Source: Cyanobacteria bacterium P01_A01_bin.123
GTDB lineage: Bacteria > Cyanobacteriota > Cyanobacteriia > Phormidesmidales > Phormidesmidaceae
Assembly: GCA_039815185.1 (NCBI GenBank)
Contig: JBCBZT010000020.1
Location: forward strand, 64,258 to 128,257
DNA length: 64,000 nt
Direction of reading: 5' to 3'
Shown: positions 41,609 to 51,831 of the stretch, piece by piece
Position numbering within the stretch: the first letter of the stretch is position 1
Layout: every line of letters starts with the position of its first letter
The notes under the pieces: model-generated
The model's database searches: none
Told to the model about the DNA's origin: nothing
The model's input: only the letters and a program-made list of their open reading frames with translations
Program-made: the position numbers and the translations under genes

Positions 41609-41636
41609 GTAACCTTTTTGCGACAACTTGCCACTA
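41609..41636 (+). promoter_or_regulatory. Candidate ECF-type (autoregulatory) promoter
   Basis: GTAACC-N16-CCACTA just upstream of the ECF sigma gene. Confidence 0.5.
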
Positions 41637-41649
41637 TTAGTTAGCAACG

Positions 41650-42492
41650 TTGCTCAACGACGAAAGCGTGCCTGACCCAAGTGATCTAGAGTTGGTTTCC
41701 CTATCAAGACAGGGAAATAAAGCTGCCTTCAATCAACTCGTGCTGCGGTATCAACCCATGGCACAACGTCTTGCCATCAAAATAATCGGCAATCAGGATC
41801 TAGCCCAAGAGCTTGTGCAGGATGCCCTGTTGCAAGCCTATCTCTCACTGGAGAAACTAAACGATCCAAAGTGCTTTAAGAGTTGGCTATACGGCATAGT
41901 TCTCAATATTTGCCGCAACGATTTACGTCATCGCAAGGTAATCTGTCTTTCCCTCGAAGAAATGATCGGGAGTTTAGCGGATGAAGGGTCGCCTCTCACT
42001 GAGCGTTCACCGAATCCCCAACAATGGGCAGAACAGAAAGAACGCCATATGGCATTACAAGAAGCCGTCAATGCGTTGTCTCCAAAGAACCGCTCAGCGA
42101 TTTTACTGTTCTACCATAGGCAATTCAGTCTACAAGAAGTGGCAAATCGCTTAAATATTTCAGTGGGGGCAGTAAAAGGTCGGCTACACAAATCTCGACG
42201 TCAACTAAGAGCACAATTGTCGCGCTTACAAGATCAATTTCACCCAAACTTATCTCAGGAGAGTAAATCAATGACGACAAAAACTTCCACCCCAATCAAG
42301 CAAGAACTTTGCTGTTCATTTTGTCACAAGCGGAATGAAGAAGTCGATATGCTAATTGCAGGCCCAGGTGTCTTCATCTGCAATATTTGTGTTGATATCT
42401 GTAATCAAATCATCAGTCAAGAAATTCCTCCTAATCCGTTGACACAGGAGCAAGTTGAGACGTTGTTGGATTCAGGTAAATTAAGTGATTGA
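41650..42492 (+). CDS. ECF sigma-70 factor with C-terminal ClpX-type C4 zinc finger
   Basis: Region 2 ([11 protein letters not shown]...FKSWLYGI), region 4 (SLQEVA...[11 protein letters not shown]), then CSFC...[14 protein letters not shown]. Start may be the GTG at 41668. Confidence 0.9.
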   Translation: MLNDESVPDPSDLELVSLSRQGNKAAFNQLVLRYQPMAQRLAIKIIGNQDLAQELVQDALLQAYLSLEKLNDPKCFKSWLYGIVLNICRNDLRHRKVICLSLEEMIGSLADEGSPLTERSPNPQQWAEQKERHMALQEAVNALSPKNRSAILLFYHRQFSLQEVANRLNISVGAVKGRLHKSRRQLRAQLSRLQDQFHPNLSQESKSMTTKTSTPIKQELCCSFCHKRNEEVDMLIAGPGVFICNICVDICNQIISQEIPPNPLTQEQVETLLDSGKLSD

Positions 42493-42646
42493 ATTCACTA
42501 AACCACAGGACAATTGGACAATTGGAGCGAGAATTTAGCGTACACATCTTGATTACACTCCTTTCAGACAAGGCACAGATTTTAGTAAAAACATCTTGTT
42601 TGTGGTTAAATTTATTCTCCCAATCAACAACACATTGATTGAGATA

Positions 42647-43144
42647 TCAGTCATCTGGTAAACCCACAAAAACCCGCTGAATGAGTTGTTTTGCTTTTTC
42701 ATCCAAGATGTCCCAGTCCACCTCGCCCGTGTCATCATCCAGCAAGGAAGTGTCGATTTCCACTGGGCTTTCTGCTGGGTTTGATGGATAGTTACGAAAG
42801 CAAAGCTGATAGCACAGTTGCCACAAATCAACGCTATGCTGCTGTTCGCCGCGTTTGAGTTGCAATGCATAGACATAAAGCGGGGTAGGCAACTGTGCTA
42901 ATTGCTGCTCAATAGCATCGGATTCCTCAACATTTTTGGCCGCATTGAGCTGCTGTTGCAACGCATTAAATTCATCCCGCTGTGTTTCTGGTATGTCTTC
43001 TGGCCAGATTTGATCGGTGTGGTAACTGCCTTGCCAGTCGGAGACGTCTAATTGTTTACGAATATTGTCAATGATGCGAATCAGCGCAGGTTGCATCAAA
43101 TGCTGGGCGCGTTGCCAGTCAAGTTCAGAGGCAAATTTGGGCAT
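42647..43144 (-). CDS. Hypothetical protein (cyanobacterial type)
   Basis: LMQPALIRIIDNIRKQL..SDWQGSY...VDLWQLCYQLCF...GEVDWDILDEKAK. Confidence 0.75.
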   Translation of the reverse strand: MPKFASELDWQRAQHLMQPALIRIIDNIRKQLDVSDWQGSYHTDQIWPEDIPETQRDEFNALQQQLNAAKNVEESDAIEQQLAQLPTPLYVYALQLKRGEQQHSVDLWQLCYQLCFRNYPSNPAESPVEIDTSLLDDDTGEVDWDILDEKAKQLIQRVFVGLPDD

Positions 43145-43329
43145 GGGATTGGCGTGTCCAGTGCAGGTGATCTCATAATAGGCATAGAAGCGTCAGCCCT
43201 CTTGATTCCCTATGGGAACGATTACAGAACTTCTACTATGGAGTACTGATATGGAGCCTTGGGGCGATCGCTAAAATGAGTCAATTCCACTCCTGTCAAC
43301 TCCATCCCTGTTAACGGCGCAGACGAACC

Positions 43330-43755
43330 ATGTCTGATCTTCACACCAAAGTCTTGCTCGGCATGGGCGTAGCGCTGATACTGCTGCTGTTCTTGTGGAT
43401 ACTCAAGCTGCTGTTGCCGTGGTTAATAGTCATGGGATTAATCGGCGGAGGGGTATGGCTTTGGCGACAGTGGCAAACTCAGCGACAAATCGAACAGCGT
43501 ACCTTGAACGGCGTGTTCTACGACCTATTGCGACAGCATCAGGGACGAATCAGCATCCTAGATTTTGCCATGACTGCTGAAATTAGCCCCCAAGATGCCA
43601 AAGCATATCTTGATGCCCGTGCCCAAGAACTCTCGGCTTTGTTTGAACCGACAGAACACGGTGATATTATCTATGCCTTTTACAGTTTGGAATTAGCTCA
43701 GATTCAAAATAGGTTAAAGGTACAGCCTCCTAGCGAATTACCGCCAAAAGTTTAA
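43330..43755 (+). CDS. Hypothetical membrane protein
   Basis: Two transmembrane helices, then GRISILDFAM...AKAYLDARA...GDIIYAF. Confidence 0.7.
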   Translation: MSDLHTKVLLGMGVALILLLFLWILKLLLPWLIVMGLIGGGVWLWRQWQTQRQIEQRTLNGVFYDLLRQHQGRISILDFAMTAEISPQDAKAYLDARAQELSALFEPTEHGDIIYAFYSLELAQIQNRLKVQPPSELPPKV

Positions 43756-43766
43756 ATTTTGAATGA

Positions 43767-44282
43767 TCATCGTTGAGACTGCACTTGAAGCCTTGAGTCA
43801 ATCAACGCCTCAATCACATGCAACGCTTCCTCAATTCCGCTGACTGCTAACTCTGAAAGATGATGTCCCACCTTGAAGTCACTGGCCGGGACTTCGACCC
43901 ACCAAGCTTGGGGGCAATGGCCGTAGACTGAGTAGGTCAGTGCCAATAGAGAAGCGGGATCGCATGAATGCCCCCAAGCTGGCACAACTGACCCAGCTGG
44001 TTCAGAACCATAAGGCTTTATTGGCTTTATGTTAATCGTGCCAACATGATTTAACTTACACGCGTCAACAAAGCAAGCGAAGTTTGACGCTGCCAGTTTA
44101 TTCGAGAGTTCTGGCATGAGTTGGTTTACCCCAATGGCCTCAACGTTTGGAATTTTGAGCGCCTTTAGCTGCGAAACCACTTTCAGACCAATCGCATCAT
44201 CTCCCTGGCGGGGGTTACCGTACCCAATCACCAAGAAGGTAGAATCCGCCCCTAAAGGCAACCTGTTTACAGTGTCTGTCAT
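43767..44282 (-). CDS. Hydrogenase maturation protease-family protein (HoxW/HupW/HycI-like)
   Basis: VIGYGNPRQGDDAIG, QLMPEL, FVDA and the H of GHSCDP. Confidence 0.85.
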   Translation of the reverse strand: MTDTVNRLPLGADSTFLVIGYGNPRQGDDAIGLKVVSQLKALKIPNVEAIGVNQLMPELSNKLAASNFACFVDACKLNHVGTINIKPIKPYGSEPAGSVVPAWGHSCDPASLLALTYSVYGHCPQAWWVEVPASDFKVGHHLSELAVSGIEEALHVIEALIDSRLQVQSQR

Positions 44283-44340
44283 AGGACGTCACCTCTGTAG
44301 TTCTGCTTAAAATAATGAATCTTGAGGGATAGAAAGTTGA

Positions 44341-44565
44341 TCAGGGATCAGAGGCTGGTTTTCGATGCAAAAGCCACCCTTCAACCAGCGCAATCGTAAG
44401 TAATAACGTCAGCTTTAACGATAGGGGAGCGATTCCCAGGGCAATCATCAAGCAGGCAGTTGCCACTAGCGCTGCAGAGACTAACTCAATCTGGTTTTTA
44501 ACGGACAGCACAATACGCATCGCCACTAAAAAAACGACCGCCACGATCAATAAAGTTGTCCACAT
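44341..44565 (-). CDS. Small hydrophobic membrane protein
   Basis: 74 aa with about 3 transmembrane helices; GGAGG ribosome-binding site upstream. Confidence 0.7.
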   Translation of the reverse strand: MWTTLLIVAVVFLVAMRIVLSVKNQIELVSAALVATACLMIALGIAPLSLKLTLLLTIALVEGWLLHRKPASDP

Positions 44566-44636
44566 CCTCCTCCACCTCCGACAAGTTTCAAGGTGTTTGC
44601 AACTCGCCAGCCTTGGTTAGCTGGGTTGCTACCTTA

Positions 44637-44730
44637 AGCATAGAAAAACAGTTTGAGGAATTTATGGGGATCAGTGGCGGAGGAAAGGCTTTTGATGCCT
44701 CACAACTTTCTCAATTTTTCTAGGTAGGGT
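44637..44730. promoter_or_regulatory. Symmetric divergent promoter with 11-bp-period direct repeats
   Basis: Plus strand: CCTCA-N6-TCTCA-N11-TAGGGT. Minus strand: CCCCA-N6-CCTCA-N11-TATGCT. Confidence 0.6.
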
Positions 44731-44763
44731 TTGCTCAGTATGGGATCACCATGATCCTCAGCG

Positions 44764-45534
44764 TTGAACCAGGTTGTTGGAATGGATTCTTTATCTCAGC
44801 AAGCCCAGCCATTAGCAGCTCCCTCGTCTACCCCTGCCGTATTTCACATCGAACAGGTGAGCAAGGTTTACACCATGGGCGAAGTGGAAGTTCATGCCTT
44901 GAGATCAGTGGATTTGAACCTTTTTGAAGGCGAATTTGTCGTGCTGCTGGGGCCATCGGGTAGCGGCAAGTCTACGCTGTTGAATATTTTGGGCGGATTG
45001 GACGTGCCCTCGGGGGGCCAGGTGTATTTTCGCAATCGAGCACTGACCCAGGCGGGTGAGGCCGCGCTAACCCGATTTCGCCGCCAATCCGTAGGATTCG
45101 TGTTTCAGTTCTATAACCTAATTCCCAGCTTGACCGCGCGGGAGAATGTGGCGCTGGTCACCGATATCGCCCGTCATCCCATGAATCCAGAGGAAGCGCT
45201 AGGGCTAGTGGATCTAGCAGATCGCCTCGATCATTTCCCAGCCCAGCTTTCCGGCGGAGAGCAGCAACGGGTGGCGATCGCTCGGGCGATCGCCAAACGC
45301 CCAGAAGTCCTACTCTGCGATGAACCCACAGGGGCCCTAGATTTTGAAACGGGTAAACGGGTGCTAGAAACCTTAGAACGGGTTAACCAAGAATTTGGCA
45401 CCACGACAGCTGTGATTACCCATAACGCTGGGATTGCTGCCATGGCAGATCGGATCGTGCAGATGCGCAGCGGCAATATTGCTGAGATCAAGCAGAACCC
45501 GCAGAAGCTGTCACCGGCTGAGTTGGAGTGGTAA
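44764..45534 (+). CDS. ABC transporter ATP-binding protein (MacB/LolD-like)
   Basis: [35 protein letters not shown]. Confidence 0.95.
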   Translation: MNQVVGMDSLSQQAQPLAAPSSTPAVFHIEQVSKVYTMGEVEVHALRSVDLNLFEGEFVVLLGPSGSGKSTLLNILGGLDVPSGGQVYFRNRALTQAGEAALTRFRRQSVGFVFQFYNLIPSLTARENVALVTDIARHPMNPEEALGLVDLADRLDHFPAQLSGGEQQRVAIARAIAKRPEVLLCDEPTGALDFETGKRVLETLERVNQEFGTTTAVITHNAGIAAMADRIVQMRSGNIAEIKQNPQKLSPAELEW

Positions 45535-47898
45535 GTGCCGATGAAAGCCCTAGACCAAAAGCTATTCCGCGATCTCCTCCACATGCGGGGGCAGGTGCTG
45601 GCGATTGTGCTGATTGTGGCCTGTGGAATTGCCAGTCTAGTGACGATGATGAGCACCTACTCATCCTTAAAGCTGACCCAGGCTACCTATTACGACCAGT
45701 ACCGTTTTGCCGATGTGTTTGTGCAGCTAAAGCGGGCACCGGACAGTTTAATCCCTCGGATGGAGGCGATTCCTGGGGTCGGTACAGTGCGATCGCGGGT
45801 GGTAAAAGATGTGACTTTATCAGTGGAAGGGCTAGCGGCACCAGCCACGGGGCGATTGATTTCCATTCCAGAGCAGCCAACCCCGATGCTCAATGACTTG
45901 TTTATTCGCACTGGGCGCTACCCAGAGCAGGGGGATGAGGTGCTGGCCAGTGAGGCTTTTGCTAAAGCCAACCACTTCGAGCTCAACGATACGGTTGGGG
46001 CAATTATCAATGGCCGCTGGCAAACTTTACGAATTGTCGGTACGGCGCTATCGCCAGAATACATCTACGAAATTCGTGGCACTGAGCTGGTCCCTGACAA
46101 CGAACATTTTGGCCTGCTCTGGATGCAGCAAGATGCCCTGAGTACTGCCTTTGATATGAAGGGTGCGTTTAACGACGTCAGTTTAAAGCTGATGCCGGGG
46201 GCAAGCGAAGCAGAGGTTATCTTTCAGCTCGATCAGTATCTGGAAATTTATGGTGGGCTGGGCGCTTTTGGACGGGAAGATCAGATTTCACACACCTTTA
46301 TTTCCGATGAGATTCGCATACTCTCAGCTCAGGCAGTGCTGGTGCCGAGCATCTTTCTGGGGATTGCGGCCTTTTTACTCAACCTATTGCTCAGTCGTTT
46401 GGTCAGTACCCAACGAGATCAAATCGCCGTGATGAAGGCGTTTGGTTACGACAATATTGCGGTGGGTATCCACTACCTGAAGCTGGTGATGGTCGTAGTG
46501 CTGCTGGGGGCCATGTTGGGGAGTGGCCTGGGGTGGCGGCTGGGCTGGGGAATGACGCGCCTCTACGCCGATTTCTATCACTTTCCGCTTTTGCGTTATG
46601 AAATCCACCCAACGGTTCTGCTGACAGCACTATTGGTCAGCGGTGGGGCTGCAACCGTAGGAGCATTTTTGGCGGTGCAACGGGCAGTGATCCTGCCCCC
46701 AGCCGAAGCAATGCGGCCTGAGCCGCCTACAACCTATCGCCCCACACTCATTGAAAAGCTGGGTTTGCAGCGGTGGTTTTCAGCTCCCAGCCGAATCATT
46801 CTGCGCAATCTGGAGCGTCGTCCGATACAGGGGCTGTTATCGGTGGTCGGGATTGCGGTGGCGATCGCCATTTTAGTGTTAGGCCGCTACTTTACCGATG
46901 CCATGGACGCCCTAGTGGACATCCAGTTTCGCACCATCCAGCGCGAAGATGTCACCTTGGTCTTCAACAATCCACTCTCCGCTCAGGCCCAGTTTGACCT
47001 CTATCACTTGCCTGGAGTGCTGCGGGCTGAGCCATTTCGCGTGGTGCCTGCTCGACTGCGATTTGGCCATTACAGCAAGCTTAGCGGTATCACTGGCGTA
47101 GAACCGACCAGCCAGCTACGCCGCCTGTTGGATCGCGATCAAAACCCGGTAACCCTCCCCCCAGAAGGGGTCATTTTATCTAACAAGCTGGCGGACATTT
47201 TGCAGGCCCAGCTTGGGGATCAGCTGATCGTGGAAGTGCTTGAGGGAGAACGTCCGACCCGCACTGTGACCGTTACTGGCCTGTTTGACGAACTCGTGGG
47301 GATTTCCGCCTATATGGATATCCACGCGCTCAACCGGCTGATGCGAGAAGGTTTCACCCTTTCTGGAGCTTACCTCCAGGTGGACACCCAACATCAGCCC
47401 CAGCTTTATACCCAACTCAAACAAACCCCAGCCGTGGCCAGTGTCGCCCTACGCCAAACCACCATTGATCAGTTCAATAAAATCGTTACTGAGAATATGG
47501 GCGGTTTCACCAAGGTACTGATCGCGTTTGCCTCGATTATCTCGTTTGGCGTGGTCTATAACGCGGCCCGCATTGCCTTATCAGAACGGGGACGAGAGCT
47601 GGCTACCCTACGCATCATTGGCTTCACCCGGGGTGAAATTGCCTTCATCTTGCTGGGGGAACAGGCGGTGCTATTGGCGCTAGCCATTCCGGTGGGCTTT
47701 GCCTTGGGTTTTGGCCTCGCAGCCCTGATCACCCAAATCTACGATTGGGAGCTATTCCGCTTCCCGTTGGTGGTTACCCCTGCCAGCTATGCCTTCGCTT
47801 TTGTGGTGATCATGGCGGCTGCGCTGGTATCCGGTGGCATCATTCGCCACCAGCTCAATCGTCTCGATTTAGTTGCCGTGCTCAAAACCCGTGAGTAA
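45535..47898 (+). CDS. ABC transporter permease with duplicated FtsX-like domains
   Basis: KLFRDL, QRDQIAVMKAFG, PAEAMRP, ERGRELATLRIIGF, VAVLKTRE. Confidence 0.92.
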   Translation: MPMKALDQKLFRDLLHMRGQVLAIVLIVACGIASLVTMMSTYSSLKLTQATYYDQYRFADVFVQLKRAPDSLIPRMEAIPGVGTVRSRVVKDVTLSVEGLAAPATGRLISIPEQPTPMLNDLFIRTGRYPEQGDEVLASEAFAKANHFELNDTVGAIINGRWQTLRIVGTALSPEYIYEIRGTELVPDNEHFGLLWMQQDALSTAFDMKGAFNDVSLKLMPGASEAEVIFQLDQYLEIYGGLGAFGREDQISHTFISDEIRILSAQAVLVPSIFLGIAAFLLNLLLSRLVSTQRDQIAVMKAFGYDNIAVGIHYLKLVMVVVLLGAMLGSGLGWRLGWGMTRLYADFYHFPLLRYEIHPTVLLTALLVSGGAATVGAFLAVQRAVILPPAEAMRPEPPTTYRPTLIEKLGLQRWFSAPSRIILRNLERRPIQGLLSVVGIAVAIAILVLGRYFTDAMDALVDIQFRTIQREDVTLVFNNPLSAQAQFDLYHLPGVLRAEPFRVVPARLRFGHYSKLSGITGVEPTSQLRRLLDRDQNPVTLPPEGVILSNKLADILQAQLGDQLIVEVLEGERPTRTVTVTGLFDELVGISAYMDIHALNRLMREGFTLSGAYLQVDTQHQPQLYTQLKQTPAVASVALRQTTIDQFNKIVTENMGGFTKVLIAFASIISFGVVYNAARIALSERGRELATLRIIGFTRGEIAFILLGEQAVLLALAIPVGFALGFGLAALITQIYDWELFRFPLVVTPASYAFAFVVIMAAALVSGGIIRHQLNRLDLVAVLKTRE

Positions 47899-47910
47899 GG
47901 AGATTTCGCC

Positions 47911-49347
47911 ATGGGACAGCTAAAAGACCATACTGAGGAGAAATCCTTCCGACTGCGGCTACGGCCTAGCAAGCCTGCCCTGGCTGATATCACTAAACGC
48001 CATCACTTCCGTCTACCCCGCTGGCTGCCCTATGGACTGTTGGGCTTGGGCATTGTCATCCTGGTTGGGTTGGCTTTTCGTCCTACACCCATTGCGGTGG
48101 ATATGGGACAAGTGAGTCAAGGCCCGCTCCAGGTAACGGTTGATGCTGAGGGTAAAACCCGCGTGCAAGATCGCTATGTGATTGCCGCACCTGTGGCAGG
48201 TCGCCTGCAACGGATCGAGCTGGAAGCAGGTGACTCAGTGGAAGCAGGTACTGTGGTGGCCCAGATCGATCCGCTGCCCCTCGATACCGAGGTGCGTGCC
48301 GCCCAAGCTCGTCTACAAGAACTGGGCGCTGAGTTAGCCGGGGTGGACACCCAGCGACCCAAGACAGAAGAGCTAACTCAGGCCGAATCTCAACTGCGCG
48401 CTACCGAAGCCGCTCAACAAGTTGCCACAGCCAATGTTGCCCAGACCCGTGCTGCCCTAGAACAGGCCAGGCGCGATCGCGCCCGTGCCCAAGACCTCGA
48501 AGCCGATGGGGCCATCTCTCGCCAAGACCGAGAAGCTGCTGAGCTGGAAGAAACCCGCTTAGTTCAAGCTTTGGCAGCTGCCCAGCAAGAATTAGAAGGG
48601 GCGATCGCTGACGTTGCTGCTGCCCAAGAAGTCCTACCCCTGCTCAGGGCAGAACAGCGCGATCCCGATTATTTAGTTGAAGCTTACCAAGCTCAGATCG
48701 CAGGCGTCGAAGCCGAACTTGCCAATCTCGCCGATGAAGCCCGCCGCACCACTATTGCTGGCCCAGTGACAGGCAGTGTTTTGCGAGTCCCTGAAGCCAG
48801 TGCCCGCTTTGTACAAGCTGGCGAACCGTTAATCGAACTGGGCAATCCTGCTGAACTAGAGCTAGTGATTGACGTACTCTCTGCCGATGCAGTTCAAATT
48901 GAACCCGGCGATACCATTCTGGTGGAGCAGTGGGGTGGCCCTGAATCTCTCACCGCCACCGTCAGCTATATCGAACCTGCAGCTTTCACAGAAGTCTCTG
49001 CGCTCGGCGTTGAAGAGCAGCGGGTTAATGTCATCGGCACCTTTGCCGAACCCACTGCAGTTTCTCTCGGAGATGGCTACCGGATTGAGGCCAGGATCGT
49101 TATCTGGGCAAACGATAACGCGTTGCAAGTGCCAATTAGTGCCCTATATCGCTGCGGTGAGCGCTGGTGCGTCTTCGTGATTGAGGCAGGTCGTACTGAA
49201 CGGCGTGAAATTACTATTGGCCAGCGTAGTACTACGGCCGCCGTTGTCGAATCTGGCCTCAAGCCTGGAGAGCAGGTCATCCTCCACCCCAGCGAGCAAA
49301 TTGAGGCTGGTGATCAGGTTAAGCCGCGTTATTTGCTGACGCTTTGA
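47911..49347 (+). CDS. HlyD/MacA-family periplasmic adaptor
   Basis: Transmembrane helix, IAAPVAG, coiled coil, SALGVEEQRVNV, VPISAL. Confidence 0.92.
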   Translation: MGQLKDHTEEKSFRLRLRPSKPALADITKRHHFRLPRWLPYGLLGLGIVILVGLAFRPTPIAVDMGQVSQGPLQVTVDAEGKTRVQDRYVIAAPVAGRLQRIELEAGDSVEAGTVVAQIDPLPLDTEVRAAQARLQELGAELAGVDTQRPKTEELTQAESQLRATEAAQQVATANVAQTRAALEQARRDRARAQDLEADGAISRQDREAAELEETRLVQALAAAQQELEGAIADVAAAQEVLPLLRAEQRDPDYLVEAYQAQIAGVEAELANLADEARRTTIAGPVTGSVLRVPEASARFVQAGEPLIELGNPAELELVIDVLSADAVQIEPGDTILVEQWGGPESLTATVSYIEPAAFTEVSALGVEEQRVNVIGTFAEPTAVSLGDGYRIEARIVIWANDNALQVPISALYRCGERWCVFVIEAGRTERREITIGQRSTTAAVVESGLKPGEQVILHPSEQIEAGDQVKPRYLLTL

Positions 49348-49440
49348 TTTTGAGCATGAATAAGTTGATGCAAGCTAGAGATAAGGTCAAGGTAGATGCA
49401 ATCTGCAGCTTATCGCTTCCCCGAGTTTTCCTAGACAGAG

Positions 49441-51747
49441 ATGAACATGATATCCCGACTCAAGCGCCGTCAGTTTTTGCAGTTTTCGGGTTCTACTTTG
49501 GCGACCCTAGGTTTGAGTCAGTTAGATCTGGGGCGTCAAGTCAATCACTATAACCGCGCCTTGGCTCAGAATACGCCCCGCAAGCTAGGCCTGCTGGTGG
49601 GGCTCAATCAGTATTCTGAGCTTAGCGGGATTCGACATCTTAATGGGTGCCTGACTGATGTTGAGATGCAGTATGAACTGTTGGTACATCGCTATGGCTT
49701 TAACCCCAGTGACATCGTTGTTTTGACAGATGGTGATGCCAGCCGCGATCGCATTTTGAGCGCCTTTGAAAATCATTTAATCGATCAGGCTAAAGCTGAA
49801 GATGTGGTTGTGTTCCACTTTTCTGGCCATGGTTCACGGGTGCTCGATCCAGAGCCGATTCCGGATCTGACTTTTGCGGGTGGCAGAGGGTATAACGGCA
49901 CCCTAGTCAGCTTTGACGCCCGCGATCGCCGAGCAGAGGACGTTGATGACATCATGGGCAAAACCTTATTTTTGCTCACCCATGCCTTGCAAACTGAAAA
50001 TGTCACCACCATTATCGATAGCTGTTATTCAGGCGGAACCCGAGCTGAATTTAGCTACCGCGTTTTAGACGAAGACGGATTGCGCCCTAGCGCCATCGAA
50101 CTGGATTATCAAGACCAGTGGCGGCAACGATTGGGCCTTTCTCCAGAGCAACTACAAACCCTGCGATCGCGCGGTATCGCCAAAGGCGTCACCCTAGGCT
50201 CTGCTCAAAAAAGCCAGCTTGCCGCTGATGCCCGTTTTGATGGCTTTCATGCGGGTGCGTTTACTTACACCCTGACACACTATCTGTGGCAGCAGACTAG
50301 CCAAGAATCGCTAGACGAAACCTTTACTAATCTGGCCCGCCGCACCCGAGATGTGGCTCAAAGTGCCCATATTGAACAAGACCCTGTCGCCGCAGTTAAG
50401 CCAGACAGCAATCATGGCGATCGCCCCTTGTATTTCATCCAGCCCACCTCCCCTGCGGCAGAAGCCGTTGTGCGGCGTGAGCAAAACGGGGATATTGAAT
50501 TTTGGCTGGGTGGTGTGTCGTCCCAAAGCGTCGTGGCCTTTCAATCTGGGGCCATTTTTAACCTAATCGACACCCAGGGTAATGCTGTGGGGCAAATCGA
50601 GCAAACCGATCGCAGCGGCTTAGTGGGCTATGGCAAACTCAGCTCAGGCACCCCCACAGCCCTTAGTCAGGGGAGCCTCCTGCGTGAAAAAGTGCGGGGC
50701 GTGCCACCCAATCTGCAATTGCGTGTCGGGCTACTGGATTCGTTAGGCTCTGAGCTAGAAGTGGTGCGATCGCGACTCAATGACATCGACCAATTGGAGC
50801 CTGTGGCCATAGGACAAGACGCTGGCCCCCATTATCTCTTGGGTCGCATGACCGAAGCAGCTCTGGAACAAGCCCGTGAGCGACAAATTTCTGAAGATGC
50901 CATCGGCACCCTTGGCAGTTTGGGGTTGTTTACCCCTGGTCTGACCCCAATTGCAGGTTCCTTTAGTCAATCAACCGACGAATCAATTGATGCAGCCCTG
51001 GATCGCCTGCGCCCCCGGATGAAAATGTTGCTGGCAGGGAGAATTCTGCGGGCCGTACTCAACAGCGACACCTCCAATCTGAATGTGGATGTGGCCGTAG
51101 AAGCCGTGAGTGGCAACGACACCTTCGCTCGTTCCGCCAGCCGTGCCGCCGAAGAAGCCGGCATTGTTGCCACCACCGTTGAAAGTGGTTTACAACAACT
51201 CACCCCTGGCACTGAGATTCAAATCAAAGTGACAAACCATGAATCGCAATCGCTATACCTCGGCATCATTGTGATTAGCAGCACAGGGGAGATGACCGTG
51301 CTGCATCCAATTCATTGGGATCAGCCAGCAGTGCCATGGAACCAACAAGAGGAATCTGCTTTCCTACAAGGTAACGGACAGTCCATCACCATTCCCCAAC
51401 GCCAAGTTGACCGAGACCGAGATCGTGACTACTGTGCCGAACCCGATTCCCAGTTTTCCTTTTGTGTTGAAGGGCCAGCCGGTTTTTTTGAGATTTTAAT
51501 ACTGGCTAGCTCTTCTCCCCTAAGGGATGCCTTTGCTGGACTTCAGTACATCGCAGCAGAAATCGGCGTGCGTTCTGGAGAACCCCTGGGCATACCCCAG
51601 GAAGGTTCCGTAGACGTTATCACTCAACTCTTGGGAGATTTAGATGAAATGTCACGAGGCGGCATTGCCGTCCAAGGAAATGTGCGGGCCGTAGATACCG
51701 AAAAACTAGCCGCCCTTTCGGTGATACTGGAAGTTGTCGAGCCGTAG
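49441..51747 (+). CDS. Caspase-family (C14) protease with a Tat-like signal and a DUF4384-like C-terminal domain
   Basis: KRRQFLQ signal, LLVGLNQY, LNGCLTDV, HFSGHGS, DSCYSG. Confidence 0.88.
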   Translation: MNMISRLKRRQFLQFSGSTLATLGLSQLDLGRQVNHYNRALAQNTPRKLGLLVGLNQYSELSGIRHLNGCLTDVEMQYELLVHRYGFNPSDIVVLTDGDASRDRILSAFENHLIDQAKAEDVVVFHFSGHGSRVLDPEPIPDLTFAGGRGYNGTLVSFDARDRRAEDVDDIMGKTLFLLTHALQTENVTTIIDSCYSGGTRAEFSYRVLDEDGLRPSAIELDYQDQWRQRLGLSPEQLQTLRSRGIAKGVTLGSAQKSQLAADARFDGFHAGAFTYTLTHYLWQQTSQESLDETFTNLARRTRDVAQSAHIEQDPVAAVKPDSNHGDRPLYFIQPTSPAAEAVVRREQNGDIEFWLGGVSSQSVVAFQSGAIFNLIDTQGNAVGQIEQTDRSGLVGYGKLSSGTPTALSQGSLLREKVRGVPPNLQLRVGLLDSLGSELEVVRSRLNDIDQLEPVAIGQDAGPHYLLGRMTEAALEQARERQISEDAIGTLGSLGLFTPGLTPIAGSFSQSTDESIDAALDRLRPRMKMLLAGRILRAVLNSDTSNLNVDVAVEAVSGNDTFARSASRAAEEAGIVATTVESGLQQLTPGTEIQIKVTNHESQSLYLGIIVISSTGEMTVLHPIHWDQPAVPWNQQEESAFLQGNGQSITIPQRQVDRDRDRDYCAEPDSQFSFCVEGPAGFFEILILASSSPLRDAFAGLQYIAAEIGVRSGEPLGIPQEGSVDVITQLLGDLDEMSRGGIAVQGNVRAVDTEKLAALSVILEVVEP

Positions 51748-51831
51748 TGTGACCTAGTGACCATCAGACCACCAATTGCCCATAGACGCATCGCTGCGCC
51801 GCGTAACCCTACCGCATCTTATGCCAATGTC

